Shown piece after piece: positions 25,776 through 36,387 of a stretch of 55,600 bases of DNA. The notes under the pieces were generated by a model, which was given only the letters and a program-made list of their open reading frames with translations, did no database searches and was not told the DNA's origin. The first letter of the stretch is position 1, and each line of letters opens with the position of its first letter. The position numbers and the translations under genes are program-made. Origin of the DNA: Patescibacteria group bacterium (GTDB lineage: Bacteria; Patescibacteriota; WWE3; UBA101185; UBA10185). The stretch spans positions 1-55,600 of the forward strand of contig JAHJEV010000001.1 in assembly GCA_018825365.1 (NCBI GenBank). Reading direction: 5' to 3'.

Positions 25776-28700
25776 ATGAAACGCATTTTTAAGGTACTTT
25801 TTGTGTACTCAATATGTTTAGTTCTATCAGGTTTTATGAAAGAAACCTACGCTGAGTACATCCCCGGTACAAAATGCCCTAAAGCTCCGGATAAGTCGCT
25901 AGATTCCATTTGCGGAGTTGTAAAATCCGCTAAACCAACCCCGGTTGTCAAGGATGGGGTGGTAAGTTACGAAGCACCAAAAGGGATTCCTGGGGTGTCG
26001 GTTTACGTTTATGAATGTGATAATCAATCACCCTCGTGCAAACTAAATGGTGATTTGGTACGTCCTTTTTCTTCAACTTCAACAAACAAGGACGGGATGT
26101 TTTACTTGTGGGCAAGGAAACTGGACAACTACGAAGAAACTGGAGGTGGTCCGTCAACACAAAGAAATGTTATGTCTAAAAAACGATACCTTGTTTTTTC
26201 TTGCGGAAAAACCCTTGCAGGCATGCAGGAGATACCGTCCTATCTTGACCTTACATATGTAATTCAGGAAGTAGACTGCGGACCGATACAGGCTTATGTT
26301 GCTCCTAAAAATGTGATGTCCGTATTACCCAATGAAGATTCGATACCAAATCAATTATTGGCAAATCAAATGGGAACTGATGATATGGAAAAAGACTGTA
26401 CAGACATGCTTGCACGAGGCGATCTCGACAACTATGCGGTATTGTGCGACCCCATGAACAAGGATAAGTACAGGAACCACCTAACCGCACAATTCAGCTT
26501 TAAACCGGAGCAGTCTATACAAGCAAAAAACGGTCTTTTTCCGATAAGTAATTACACAACGCTTGTGTCAATGAATGTTGATTTGAAACTACAAAATGCG
26601 GACCCGAGGTTTATGCATGGGGATGCTGGAGGTTTTATGACTTTAGCAAACATTGCAGGTACGGGGAGCATGGAGATTTTTCCGGAAGGGCCCTTCTGGT
26701 CAAGAGATTGTATAATAAAATACCCTAACGATAAGGAATTTTGTATGACACCGGGAGCCCAGAACGTGGATGAGGCCACTGATCCAACAAGGAGTGGTCG
26801 AATCGCGGATTACACCAGTGATCTATACACAAATTCTGACTTTGTAATTCAAAACAAATTACCTAACATCCCACCAAAAAACAGCCTCAGGTTTTATAAA
26901 GAATTTCCTGCCAGGCAAGATATTATGGAGTTTATCCAAGACCCAACTGATCCTGCAAAGTTTTTAAGTCTGCAGTTCTCAAACTGCATCGGGAGTGTAT
27001 TTCTAAGAAAAGATAATGAAATCGCTAAAGATAAGTATGTTGCGTGTTCAAAGCTTCAAAAATGCAATGAGGTAGTCAGCAGGCAAAACAGCTACCTAAA
27101 TATCCAAACTACAGGTGGACCAGCCAAACTTTTGGCAAGTCCGAATACATTTCGCGACGAATACCTTGCGAATGTACCTATGGGCATAGAAGGTGCGCGG
27201 GTCTGCAAAATTAATCCGGAGAATGATGCTGAAGAAGCAATAAGAGTAGGTCAAATACAACCTCCTTGGGAGGATTTCGACCCGAGTGTTCATAAACTGG
27301 ATTCCTCTTATTGGAGTCCTGAGCTCATATATTACTTTGGAAAAAACAATGTGGCTGCTAAATACGGTTTTACATTTCAAAGCAACAACGATTCTTTTAT
27401 CGCAAGTGGTAGTCCTGTAAATGAAAAACCATTCACGGCGGGAGAAGAAGCCGCAAGCCAACCAGTGAGAGGAGGCTTTTTTGCAATGTATACTAGCGGA
27501 GGAAAGAGACCGAATAACACAATGGCGGGGGCTGTAGCCATATCAAGCAACAAGGTGACCAAAGATTCCTCGAATGCACTTACCAGTCTTTTGTCTCCCC
27601 CAACAAAAGATGGACTTTATGAGCTTAAGATTTTATCCGGTATTATTGTTCCTACCCTAGGCTCAAAAACAATGAGGGTAGGGGAGTTTTCAAAAGTAAA
27701 TGACTTTCCTGAAGAAATAACAATCGAGCCCGAAGACGACCAGGAAATAATAAGCAACAGGCTGTTCGGAGGTAACCTAGACCACCATCCTCTGATAGAC
27801 CAGGGCTGGGATATCAACGGCTTATTTAATGGGACCAGGACCCCAACTTCTGCAATTTACCTTACCGACCCGGCAATAAATAGGATAAAAGCGTTAGCGA
27901 CTCTTAATAAAAGTGCTTATGATATATACGACTCTTTTCTCTCAACAATATATGGAAAGGGTACCATAGATTTTAGTTTTAGTTCGTGGCCAGCGTTCAT
28001 CTCTGCTATTGTGTCAAGCGTTAACCCCAGCAAATCTTTTCTTGATAGGGTTAACGCCGATACAACACTACCACTAACAGGCGCGGAGGCGAGAAATGAT
28101 TTACAAACGGAATTTACGCTTTCGGAAGAAAATTTCACATCCAAATTTCCTTTACCAACACCGGATAATCTTGATGTAACAGCATGGGGAGGAAAAGGGG
28201 GAAACGTCGATTGCTATGAGTGGCATATAATACCAATTGCAATATACCCCATAGATATAGAAGAGGAAACATGTAATACCGATAAGACTGAGTCTCCCGA
28301 TGAGATTTCCAGAACCTGTCGAGTTGATATATGTAAAGCAACAAAAATTGATTGCACATGCGAAAGAGAGGCTCACAGTGGTATAACAACATTTATATTA
28401 ACGTGCAATAAACGTAACCCCTATGCCGGTTCAGACCCAACGGAGTGTTCAGTACCTGACAAACTCATCTGCGCCCAAAACCAATTCAGCTGCATAGGAG
28501 AAACTTCCGGGGGGAGTGGCGAAAAAAACTGCCTTTCGAATACTTATGGGGGTGAGATAGACGCAGCAGTGTCAAAAGCTTCCTGCGACGCGGATAAATT
28601 TGCAGGGAAGCCCTCAGAGACAACAATAGTTCCCTTCACAATTACCGTACCCAACGCCCCAGCCTGTATGGTATCAAGGGCGGGACCGTACACATGTGGG

Positions 28701-29828
28701 GGAACGTTAGAAAAAGACTCGGAGCTGGTTACAAAAACAGGTACTTTGCCCGACAATCCAAGAACTGTAGTACCTCCGCAAAATGCGGATTCCGTAGCAA
28801 TCGCAAACAATGAGTTAAGAAAGAGTTTCCAATCACCTTTTGAGGCAAGGTTTACATATGGACCCGCTGCCTTTGAAAGCGGGGACTCTTCAATTAGGAC
28901 CGTAGGTGATAACAACATTGCAAAAAGGAAAGGCACACTAGGTATCGGTGGAGACACTCAAAATGGAGCAATTACCAGAGGCATGTTCTCCGCCCCATTA
29001 CTGACAGAAGATCCTGTATACAATAAAGTAAATCTTCACTGCAGTATAGAAGATAACACCAACACCGGAGCATTTGTTTCCAATCTTCAAAGCGCAGAGC
29101 AGATGGGATCGTTCCAAACGGGTAATTGGGCGTGCATGGTAAATGACCCACCGATACCTGAGGTAGTGGATTTAAAGGAATATTTCACAAGATTCCCTGT
29201 CAAACCGGCATGTAAGTTTAATCCTTCAGATACCTGCGTATATGATGTTTTTTCGTTAGTGTTTGGTCCTAGTACACCGATACCAGAAGATGTTAAATTC
29301 TCCCCTGCATTTGTAAACATTTTGAATGCCGCTGCGTCAAGAATTAACATACCCGCATCTGTTTTGATGAGTCTTATTTCCGGGGTTGGGAAACAAACTA
29401 AATATGGTTACTACTTCACAACAGAGGGAGAAAAAGACTTAGAAGATGCAAGCTATCCTTGGTACGGGTCTTTTCCTGGGTGTGATGAAATGAATTCAGC
29501 CGCGGTGGGACCATACGATCTGATACTACAATGGTTCAACGGTGGGGTAAAAGTAATTAAAGGCCCCTTAGATGAGTTGGCTGTGGGAAGACACAAAACT
29601 GCCGCCAGATGTAACTTCTTGGACAGCACTTTTGTGACTGCGGCTATGTTAAAAAGCGTCGTAGGTGCTTCTAATTGTGAAAACTGGACATGGGAAGATG
29701 CACGACAGGCTTTATTGAAATTCGCTTGGGGATTCGAACTTCAGGGACAGCCTGAGGGAAACACACTATTTTCAGTTGACAATGACGAAAGAAACACTAA
29801 ACTGATATTCGAGCACTGCAAGTACTAA
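25776..29828 (+). CDS. Giant secreted Cys-rich protein (1350 aa) with a possible lysozyme/SLT-like C-terminal domain
   Basis: Signal-peptide-like N-terminus (…TYAE), many Cys; C-terminal AAA.RINIPASVL...AVGPY...RCNFLDS..VTAAML. Confidence 0.8.
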   Translation: MKRIFKVLFVYSICLVLSGFMKETYAEYIPGTKCPKAPDKSLDSICGVVKSAKPTPVVKDGVVSYEAPKGIPGVSVYVYECDNQSPSCKLNGDLVRPFSSTSTNKDGMFYLWARKLDNYEETGGGPSTQRNVMSKKRYLVFSCGKTLAGMQEIPSYLDLTYVIQEVDCGPIQAYVAPKNVMSVLPNEDSIPNQLLANQMGTDDMEKDCTDMLARGDLDNYAVLCDPMNKDKYRNHLTAQFSFKPEQSIQAKNGLFPISNYTTLVSMNVDLKLQNADPRFMHGDAGGFMTLANIAGTGSMEIFPEGPFWSRDCIIKYPNDKEFCMTPGAQNVDEATDPTRSGRIADYTSDLYTNSDFVIQNKLPNIPPKNSLRFYKEFPARQDIMEFIQDPTDPAKFLSLQFSNCIGSVFLRKDNEIAKDKYVACSKLQKCNEVVSRQNSYLNIQTTGGPAKLLASPNTFRDEYLANVPMGIEGARVCKINPENDAEEAIRVGQIQPPWEDFDPSVHKLDSSYWSPELIYYFGKNNVAAKYGFTFQSNNDSFIASGSPVNEKPFTAGEEAASQPVRGGFFAMYTSGGKRPNNTMAGAVAISSNKVTKDSSNALTSLLSPPTKDGLYELKILSGIIVPTLGSKTMRVGEFSKVNDFPEEITIEPEDDQEIISNRLFGGNLDHHPLIDQGWDINGLFNGTRTPTSAIYLTDPAINRIKALATLNKSAYDIYDSFLSTIYGKGTIDFSFSSWPAFISAIVSSVNPSKSFLDRVNADTTLPLTGAEARNDLQTEFTLSEENFTSKFPLPTPDNLDVTAWGGKGGNVDCYEWHIIPIAIYPIDIEEETCNTDKTESPDEISRTCRVDICKATKIDCTCEREAHSGITTFILTCNKRNPYAGSDPTECSVPDKLICAQNQFSCIGETSGGSGEKNCLSNTYGGEIDAAVSKASCDADKFAGKPSETTIVPFTITVPNAPACMVSRAGPYTCGGTLEKDSELVTKTGTLPDNPRTVVPPQNADSVAIANNELRKSFQSPFEARFTYGPAAFESGDSSIRTVGDNNIAKRKGTLGIGGDTQNGAITRGMFSAPLLTEDPVYNKVNLHCSIEDNTNTGAFVSNLQSAEQMGSFQTGNWACMVNDPPIPEVVDLKEYFTRFPVKPACKFNPSDTCVYDVFSLVFGPSTPIPEDVKFSPAFVNILNAAASRINIPASVLMSLISGVGKQTKYGYYFTTEGEKDLEDASYPWYGSFPGCDEMNSAAVGPYDLILQWFNGGVKVIKGPLDELAVGRHKTAARCNFLDSTFVTAAMLKSVVGASNCENWTWEDARQALLKFAWGFELQGQPEGNTLFSVDNDERNTKLIFEHCKY

Positions 29829-29832
29829 CGAA

Positions 29833-31233
29833 TTATTTCTTTTTGCCCTTACCGCCGCCGAATATCATTTTGTCAACACTATCTTCCATTTTCATTGCCA
29901 GGGAAAATCCAAGAATTACAATTATCAAGGGGGCCGCCACCATCATGAAAGTACCAAGCCCCGCTGTTTCCACATTACAAGCACTTCCTACACAAGAAAA
30001 ACTATAGTACATCAAAACTTCAAAAGCTACAGATAGTGTCGTAGGAATAATCAAACCCATTGCAAAAATTGTAAGGCCATATTTAGCCATTCTCAAAAAC
30101 CAATCTTTAATTCGATCTTCACTTCCCGGTACAGTACCCAAAGCAAATTCAAAAGGCGCGATAATGGTTGAAAATACCATCTTTATGTAGATAATAAGTG
30201 CTTTGATATAAACAATTATGAGTATTATTATGGCAGCTACCGCAACAAGAATAACTAATAAAAATCCAATGCCGGAAAAGAAACCCATTTTCAAAGCCCC
30301 AATAACAAGTGCCAACATTACCTGATTCGCAAAAGCAGAGGAGGAGGCAAGAGGATATAAAGCGTCTACAACGATCTCAGTTGAGCTTCTAAATAATCCC
30401 CAGCTCAAACCGGTTATCGCAGCTCCAATAGGGTAACTAAATAAGATAAGGATCAAACCAATAATAATTTTCGGTATGGCATATTGAACGGTAACTACAA
30501 GTTGTGGGTTGACTTTCTTTCTCATAACTATCATAAGTCCTGTGTACATAAGTATTACAGCCATAAACCCCAAGGAAATATCTCTGCAAGCCTTCCAAAC
30601 ATTTAGCGCGGCATTGATAATTGCCATATCATTCTTACCTAAGGTTACAGCCGCATAAGTTTTCCCAACAAAAGGTATTTTTGCCACCTGACTTCTCCAG
30701 TAATAAGCTAGGTTTACAGCAATTGGATCCCTAAGTACTGTGTTTTGAATCCTATTAGAAATCCCGATCAAGCTTGAGTCAACAGCTAAAAGGTCGGCTG
30801 GTTTACCTTTATACATATAAGCTGTTTTGGTAGTATTCATTATCTCGTCGCACACAGCTTTCTGATCATCCGTTGCGCTAGTCCCACATTTTTCGGCATT
30901 TCCAAATCCTCCAGCGCCACCAGTAGGTGCAACGTTACTCACACTTGTCATTGAACCGAATATTTTATCCTCGCACAGCACCACAGCATTTGTGTCTTTA
31001 CCATAAACTGCTCCAAATATAGTATTTGCAACAGACTTACTAAGATTCTCCGTTGTACTTTGCATGTCGATTGATTTCCAGATACTAATTTTCCATGAGG
31101 CTTCGTAGGGCTTGCAAACACTAACATCATCTGCAGCGGCAAGTGCCTTTACTCTTCCCAAGAAGGCTAACGACATAAAAAGTAGGGGTATAAATAGCAA
31201 CTTAACGAAAAATATTCTTTTCATTTTTGGCAT
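29833..31233 (-). CDS. VirB6/TrbL-like polytopic membrane protein
   Basis: Signal peptide, soluble N-domain, then multiple TMs with W..CRD...GLMIVMRKK...Q.AIPKIII...FSY and 'IIAPFEFALGTVPG...DWF' patterns. Confidence 0.65.
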   Translation of the reverse strand: MPKMKRIFFVKLLFIPLLFMSLAFLGRVKALAAADDVSVCKPYEASWKISIWKSIDMQSTTENLSKSVANTIFGAVYGKDTNAVVLCEDKIFGSMTSVSNVAPTGGAGGFGNAEKCGTSATDDQKAVCDEIMNTTKTAYMYKGKPADLLAVDSSLIGISNRIQNTVLRDPIAVNLAYYWRSQVAKIPFVGKTYAAVTLGKNDMAIINAALNVWKACRDISLGFMAVILMYTGLMIVMRKKVNPQLVVTVQYAIPKIIIGLILILFSYPIGAAITGLSWGLFRSSTEIVVDALYPLASSSAFANQVMLALVIGALKMGFFSGIGFLLVILVAVAAIIILIIVYIKALIIYIKMVFSTIIAPFEFALGTVPGSEDRIKDWFLRMAKYGLTIFAMGLIIPTTLSVAFEVLMYYSFSCVGSACNVETAGLGTFMMVAAPLIIVILGFSLAMKMEDSVDKMIFGGGKGKKK

Positions 31234-31277
31234 GAACTAATTGTACTAAATACTAGCTAATTATAGAATAACAATAT

Positions 31278-34200
31278 ATGGCGAACAATCCTTTGTATCC
31301 GGGCTACTCCCCAAAGAAAAAGGACGAGGGTTCATTTAACCCTTTGTATCCCGGTTATTATGCGGGGCAACCTCTTCCGAGACGCCCCATCTCAAAAGAT
31401 TTCATCAAACCAATCGAATATAGCGGTGATGTTTTGATGGATCACATCGACGAAACGGCCAGGATGATTAAAGAAACTACGATGCTCGGAGCTCCGAAAT
31501 GGGTTGTTGACCGTATTGTCAATGATTTCAAAGACTCGTTAAAAATTGCTATCAAGCCCGCTGAGATTAATATAACTGAACTTGATGATTATGAAATGGA
31601 AGACCTTCCAGGTGCACAGGGTATTTCAATCTCCTTAAATCCTGTTGATTATATTAAAGACCCTAAGAAAAAAGACTCTGGGAAAATAGTTACGAAAACT
31701 CTTAACGACTGGGTCAAAAAAACAATAGGTGTAGATACAAAGGATGTCTTTAATAGTGACTTTAGTGATATAGAAAACAAAACAAGAGAAAGAACGTGGA
31801 CAATGGCTTTGGGATATGGGGAAGAAAAGATTCCTTTTGATATTGGATCCGCTGAATCAACAGCAGCGGCACTAGTTGCCTACGGATTCAAGACCTCCGG
31901 AACAACAGACAACCCGTTGAACTTAAAGGGGGTAGATGTAGAAGGTGATGAGTCCATTGGGTTACCAGCATATAAAGATTTGTACAAAAAAACTGTGGGT
32001 AAAATAGGAGAGTTTGAGAAAAACAGGGAAAGTACTAAGTTCAGAGACAGCAAGCACGACGATTTCCTAAAAGAAGCCATATCTGCGGCCAACATTGAGA
32101 TAGCTTCAAAGTACAGCGATGGTATTAAAAATGGAGATGACATAGTAAAAAAACTATTCGAAGAACATTCCGGTGCCATTGAATTTTTCAGTGTTAAAAA
32201 TAACATACTAAAAGATGTTGGTGATCTTCAAAAATCTACCAAGGATAACTTAAAGGAAATTAAGAAACAAACTTTAATTGGAAAAGAGAGGGACAGTTCG
32301 TTTGATTATCTGAAAAATGGAATTACTGGGGCAAGATCATCACTTGAGGAAAATCTCGCAACGATAGAAAAACTAAAAAGCGACGGTAGGATTTCGGAGT
32401 ATTCTTACAACAACCTCAAAAAAATCACCGGAGATTACAAAAGTTATATTGAAAACCTCGATAGTACAATTTCTAATATTAACTCCAGGGGACTTACTGG
32501 AAAGGCCGCCATAGAAGCGTTCGACCTGGCTGCCTCACTTAGATCAGTTAAATTAACCGGGGGTGATATGTTCCAACACAGCACAGAAAGAACCCTGTCA
32601 ATGAACATGGAAGCCGACATGCTGAGTACTAGGGCAAGAATGAATTCAAAAGGAGAGCTGGTACACGACCACATAGGATCTCTCTTTCAAGATGAAACAT
32701 TGCGCGAGCATGGAATAAGAATAGAAGCAAGTAAGTTAGCTCCTGTCGCATACAGACTAAGAAGAGAAAAAATAGGATACGCAACAGAAGAATTTTTAGA
32801 ATCTTGGGATAAGGGAAAATTACTTGAAAATTACCTATGGAACAACAGAATCAAACCTGTAATTAAGACCTACTTACCATCCACTTGGATAGCAAAAGAA
32901 TTAGAGAAACGACAATACTTTGGGCTCGTTGTATCCGACGATATGAAAACAATTTTTTACAATCTCGAAGAAACCGATCCCAAAAAGTATGCGAAGATTG
33001 TTAAAAAATACGCTTTTAATGTAAGGGTTGGTTTTGATGACTCATTTTTTAGGTCGTGGGGACTAAAAGAACTCACTATAGGGGGAGGAAAACACTTTGA
33101 TTTTTTAAGCAACGGGAAATTAAGCGGTTTTGATCTAATTAACTCGTCAGATCGCAAATTACTGAAAGATGTGCTGACAGGATCCATTAATGGCAACGAA
33201 TTAGCTAAAAGGCTTTTTGGCAATCTTTCACTAATTGACGTTATGAACAACGATGAATACAAAAGGCAATTCCAAAAATTCATCGATGAAGCAACAGGAT
33301 TTCAAGACTGGATGCGAAAAAAACAGGGTAATTTCGGAACACATGGAAGTAATCCTAATTTCCAATTTGCTCTTTTTGAAGAGCTCTTTAAGAAGAATAA
33401 GAAACTTCGTCAGGGATATAAACTGAACCGATCTTTAATAGGCAGCTTTGAGAAAATACACATGAAACTCGAGCAGCTTCAGAAATCATTTATGTCTTCA
33501 AAGGTCGGAAAAGCGATTGCTCTCATACAAAACTGGAAAGACATTGTAGCAAACAAAGTTTCCGCACTTGTATCAGAATTAATATCAAAACTTATTGCCG
33601 GTGCCGCGGCCACAACAGGCTGGTTGGCTGTCATCATGCCCATAATAGAAAAGGCGCTTGCTTTTGTTTTAAAGAAAGTACTCGGTTACGGGGAGGCGGT
33701 GATTAGAGGCATGCTCAAAGGAGATTTCGGTGATCTTACGAAAATGATAGAGAAAGATATAAAAAGAATGGCGACATGTTATCTATGGGGCTGTCTTACA
33801 GTCGCAACACCTTTTTTGTTATTTGTAGGTTTGTTTTATGCCATTTTCGGAATTAGCGTATCTCCCATTGATAGAACAGCATCCTCAACAGTCAGATGCT
33901 ATAAAAACTCGAATTCATTTTTTACTTTAGAAAAAGAGATTGTCACACAAAGTGCCACAAAGGTGACATACAAGGTTGTCATTAAACCGAGTGGGGAGGC
34001 CACGAACATTCCTGCTGATGCAGGAGTCACGTACACAGACAATGTAGTGGGTATAAGAAGAGAAGGAAATGAAGATGTTTTTCTTCCAATAGGTAGTTAT
34101 GGCCCATTCCCGCTGACAAATTTCACCAGCCAAACAGAAATAACATACGACATTGAAATTGACAGTGCGGATCCGAATCTTCAAAACACACGGATTCAAA

Positions 34201-34364
34201 ACTTCTTTACTGTGGGTATCCCAAAAATAGACGGCAGCGAAAAAACCTGTTACGACCAAGTTATAATAACATCGGAAAGTTTTGTAATTGGCACGGGAGT
34301 TCCCTCATCAATGGATGAGTGTGAGGGATACGAAACATCCAGTATACAATGTGAAGAAAATTAG
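31278..34364 (+). CDS. Large (1028 aa) membrane-anchored protein, long N-terminal helical region and C-terminal beta-rich domain
   Basis: No signal peptide; hydrophobic segments at ~aa 770-870; C-terminal LEK...VTYKVVI...TDNV...ITYDI (DUF11/Ig-like). Confidence 0.8.
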   Translation: MANNPLYPGYSPKKKDEGSFNPLYPGYYAGQPLPRRPISKDFIKPIEYSGDVLMDHIDETARMIKETTMLGAPKWVVDRIVNDFKDSLKIAIKPAEINITELDDYEMEDLPGAQGISISLNPVDYIKDPKKKDSGKIVTKTLNDWVKKTIGVDTKDVFNSDFSDIENKTRERTWTMALGYGEEKIPFDIGSAESTAAALVAYGFKTSGTTDNPLNLKGVDVEGDESIGLPAYKDLYKKTVGKIGEFEKNRESTKFRDSKHDDFLKEAISAANIEIASKYSDGIKNGDDIVKKLFEEHSGAIEFFSVKNNILKDVGDLQKSTKDNLKEIKKQTLIGKERDSSFDYLKNGITGARSSLEENLATIEKLKSDGRISEYSYNNLKKITGDYKSYIENLDSTISNINSRGLTGKAAIEAFDLAASLRSVKLTGGDMFQHSTERTLSMNMEADMLSTRARMNSKGELVHDHIGSLFQDETLREHGIRIEASKLAPVAYRLRREKIGYATEEFLESWDKGKLLENYLWNNRIKPVIKTYLPSTWIAKELEKRQYFGLVVSDDMKTIFYNLEETDPKKYAKIVKKYAFNVRVGFDDSFFRSWGLKELTIGGGKHFDFLSNGKLSGFDLINSSDRKLLKDVLTGSINGNELAKRLFGNLSLIDVMNNDEYKRQFQKFIDEATGFQDWMRKKQGNFGTHGSNPNFQFALFEELFKKNKKLRQGYKLNRSLIGSFEKIHMKLEQLQKSFMSSKVGKAIALIQNWKDIVANKVSALVSELISKLIAGAAATTGWLAVIMPIIEKALAFVLKKVLGYGEAVIRGMLKGDFGDLTKMIEKDIKRMATCYLWGCLTVATPFLLFVGLFYAIFGISVSPIDRTASSTVRCYKNSNSFFTLEKEIVTQSATKVTYKVVIKPSGEATNIPADAGVTYTDNVVGIRREGNEDVFLPIGSYGPFPLTNFTSQTEITYDIEIDSADPNLQNTRIQNFFTVGIPKIDGSEKTCYDQVIITSESFVIGTGVPSSMDECEGYETSSIQCEEN

Positions 34365-34463
34365 GTAACCACAAATCTCGCACCACATAATTAAATTCGG
34401 AAGACACGTAAACAGTTTTGAAAAATAATTCCCTGCTACTCCCACATACAACCATTTGGATAA

Positions 34464-34898
34464 TTAAAGTGGTGCTGGTGTGGGCTGAATATTCAAAAGC
34501 TCATTAATGGCATCAATAAGCTTACCGACAAGCCCACCGGAGGCACCTGAAGAAATTCCAATAATACCCTCTATAATCATAATAATAGCAAAAACTCCAA
34601 CAACGATAAAAAAACCATATAAAGCGTAGGTCCATGTGCTTTTTGCCCCCTCCAATCCACGAGGATCTCCGGCAGCCAAAGATGATTTCCAAACACCATA
34701 GGCAATCATAGCAACCAAAACAAGTCCCGCGCACATAATAAAGACATTTATAATTCTTACTAGGATTGGACGAAGCTCATCAAACGTGGGCGGGTCACTT
34801 AGGGCGGCGGCAGCGTATCTTGTGATATAAAACAACATCGACACGAAAGAAACAAAAGAGAAAACTACCTTTATCCAGTTATTAATGCTTTTCCTCAT
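34464..34898 (-). CDS. VirB2/TrbC-like (T4SS) pilin
   Basis: Signal peptide plus two TMs joined by AAGDPRGLEGAK. Confidence 0.75.
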   Translation of the reverse strand: MRKSINNWIKVVFSFVSFVSMLFYITRYAAAALSDPPTFDELRPILVRIINVFIMCAGLVLVAMIAYGVWKSSLAAGDPRGLEGAKSTWTYALYGFFIVVGVFAIIMIIEGIIGISSGASGGLVGKLIDAINELLNIQPTPAPL

Positions 34899-35209
34899 TA
34901 ATTCACCCCACTAACACCAGCCGCATTCAACAAAACGGTTTTGAGTACGAACGCTAATAGAGAAACTAGTAGTCCGACTGCCCCCCAAAGCAGCGCGCGC
35001 TGTGCCTTTTCTACACTCTTTGGATCTCCACTACTCGTTGCTATTTGTAAAAACCCAAAGGCTAACATAGCGACTGATATCCCTACAGCAATCACAACAA
35101 AAGCGTTAGCAACTAAATATACGAAAGACTGCACCTCCGTGTATTGACCACCCTGTGGTGCAAAATTCATTATATTATAATATTTATCAAAGGCACCTGC
35201 TAATAACAT
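34898..35209 (-). CDS. VirB2/TrbC-like (T4SS) pilin
   Basis: Two TMs joined by SSGDPKSVEKAQ...LWGAVG. Confidence 0.78.
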   Translation of the reverse strand: MLLAGAFDKYYNIMNFAPQGGQYTEVQSFVYLVANAFVVIAVGISVAMLAFGFLQIATSSGDPKSVEKAQRALLWGAVGLLVSLLAFVLKTVLLNAAGVSGVN

Positions 35210-35284
35210 AAATCATCGATAGACCAAAGATATGCAACACAACTACCCCAACCAACTAATTACTAGACGGTAGCCCAAAGTAAA

Positions 35285-35608
35285 TTAGTAATTGGTGAAA
35301 TCATTGTTGGCACCCACTATGCTGTAGATGACTGCTCTTATAGCGTAAACGGCAAATAAACCAATTCCTCCTATAACAGCGTATGTTACCCATTTTTGTG
35401 CCTGTTCTGTCTTTACCTTGTCACCTTGAGATGTTACGAAACTAATAAATCCCATTGCCAACATTACTATGACGATACCCAAACCAATAATAATTACCGC
35501 GTTTGTTACAAACGTGAAAAGTGTTCTCAGGTTTGTAATTCCTAGTAGAGGATTAAGCTCATTGTTAGAAGGAATAGCCGCTGCTACCAAATATGCTAGT
35601 TTAGACAT
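35285..35608 (-). CDS. VirB2/TrbC-like (T4SS) pilin
   Basis: Two TMs joined by SQGDKVKTEQAQ...TYAVIG. Confidence 0.78.
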   Translation of the reverse strand: MSKLAYLVAAAIPSNNELNPLLGITNLRTLFTFVTNAVIIIGLGIVIVMLAMGFISFVTSQGDKVKTEQAQKWVTYAVIGGIGLFAVYAIRAVIYSIVGANNDFTNY

Positions 35609-35640
35609 TTATTACACCCCCTTGAATAATTAATTTACTA

Positions 35641-36333
35641 CTATGCTACCAGTATAGAGTTTATTATGACACGAAGAATTGCGGCTGACAATAAAATGAA
35701 CATTATTCCAAGAATCGCGGCGGTAAGCTGTTCCTGACTTTGCTGCACTTTTTGAGGATTACCTTCGCTAGTCATTAATGCATATCCTGAGTAGATAATT
35801 AAAAGTACCCCAACTACCAGCGACGCATAGAATAGTATCTTTGCAACAGGAGCTAACACCGCTTCCAAGTTAGAGAAACGCAAGCCACTATAGGAGTAGT
35901 CGTATGGGGATATGCCACTGGTTAGTGGATGAAGAATCGCGTAGCAGGCGGGGGAAGACTCACAATTCACTTTATCCTCAATACAAGTATAGACTGGTCC
36001 TTGGCATATTTCACAGGGGCCGCCACATGCCCCAGAAAGACCACACTGACCAGCCGTGGCCGCATTACAGCCGCCGCAAGTTAAACTTGTATCACATTTC
36101 CAACCACAAGAATTGGGGGGAGGGTAAGTACAGTCTATAATACACACCTGATCAGGAGTGCAACCACACTGCCCACATTGTAGGCATATCGGGTCTACTG
36201 CATTAGCTGGATCGAGAGGAAGTGTGGGGTTCCACGTCCCTGAACAACTATTTCCAAAAGCATAAGTGGATGTGCGACCAGAAACAAAAATTAGACAAAA
36301 TATGAATAAAAACAAGCCCAAAAACTTTTTCAT
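35641..36333 (-). CDS. VirB2-like pilin with N-terminal Cys-rich domain
   Basis: Signal peptide, ~100 aa with 18 Cys, then pilin TMs joined by SEGNPQKVQQSQ...TAAILG. Confidence 0.78.
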   Translation of the reverse strand: MKKFLGLFLFIFCLIFVSGRTSTYAFGNSCSGTWNPTLPLDPANAVDPICLQCGQCGCTPDQVCIIDCTYPPPNSCGWKCDTSLTCGGCNAATAGQCGLSGACGGPCEICQGPVYTCIEDKVNCESSPACYAILHPLTSGISPYDYSYSGLRFSNLEAVLAPVAKILFYASLVVGVLLIIYSGYALMTSEGNPQKVQQSQEQLTAAILGIMFILLSAAILRVIINSILVA

Positions 36334-36387
36334 ACTAAAAATATACCATTAAAACCCTGTCAAATTAAACTGATATAATTTCTCTAC

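Noticed and set aside
26047-34455. Numerous 60-140 aa antisense or alternate-frame ORFs within long genes (here and throughout the window)
   Set aside because: Shadow ORFs of well-supported CDSs, with no start signals or motifs.
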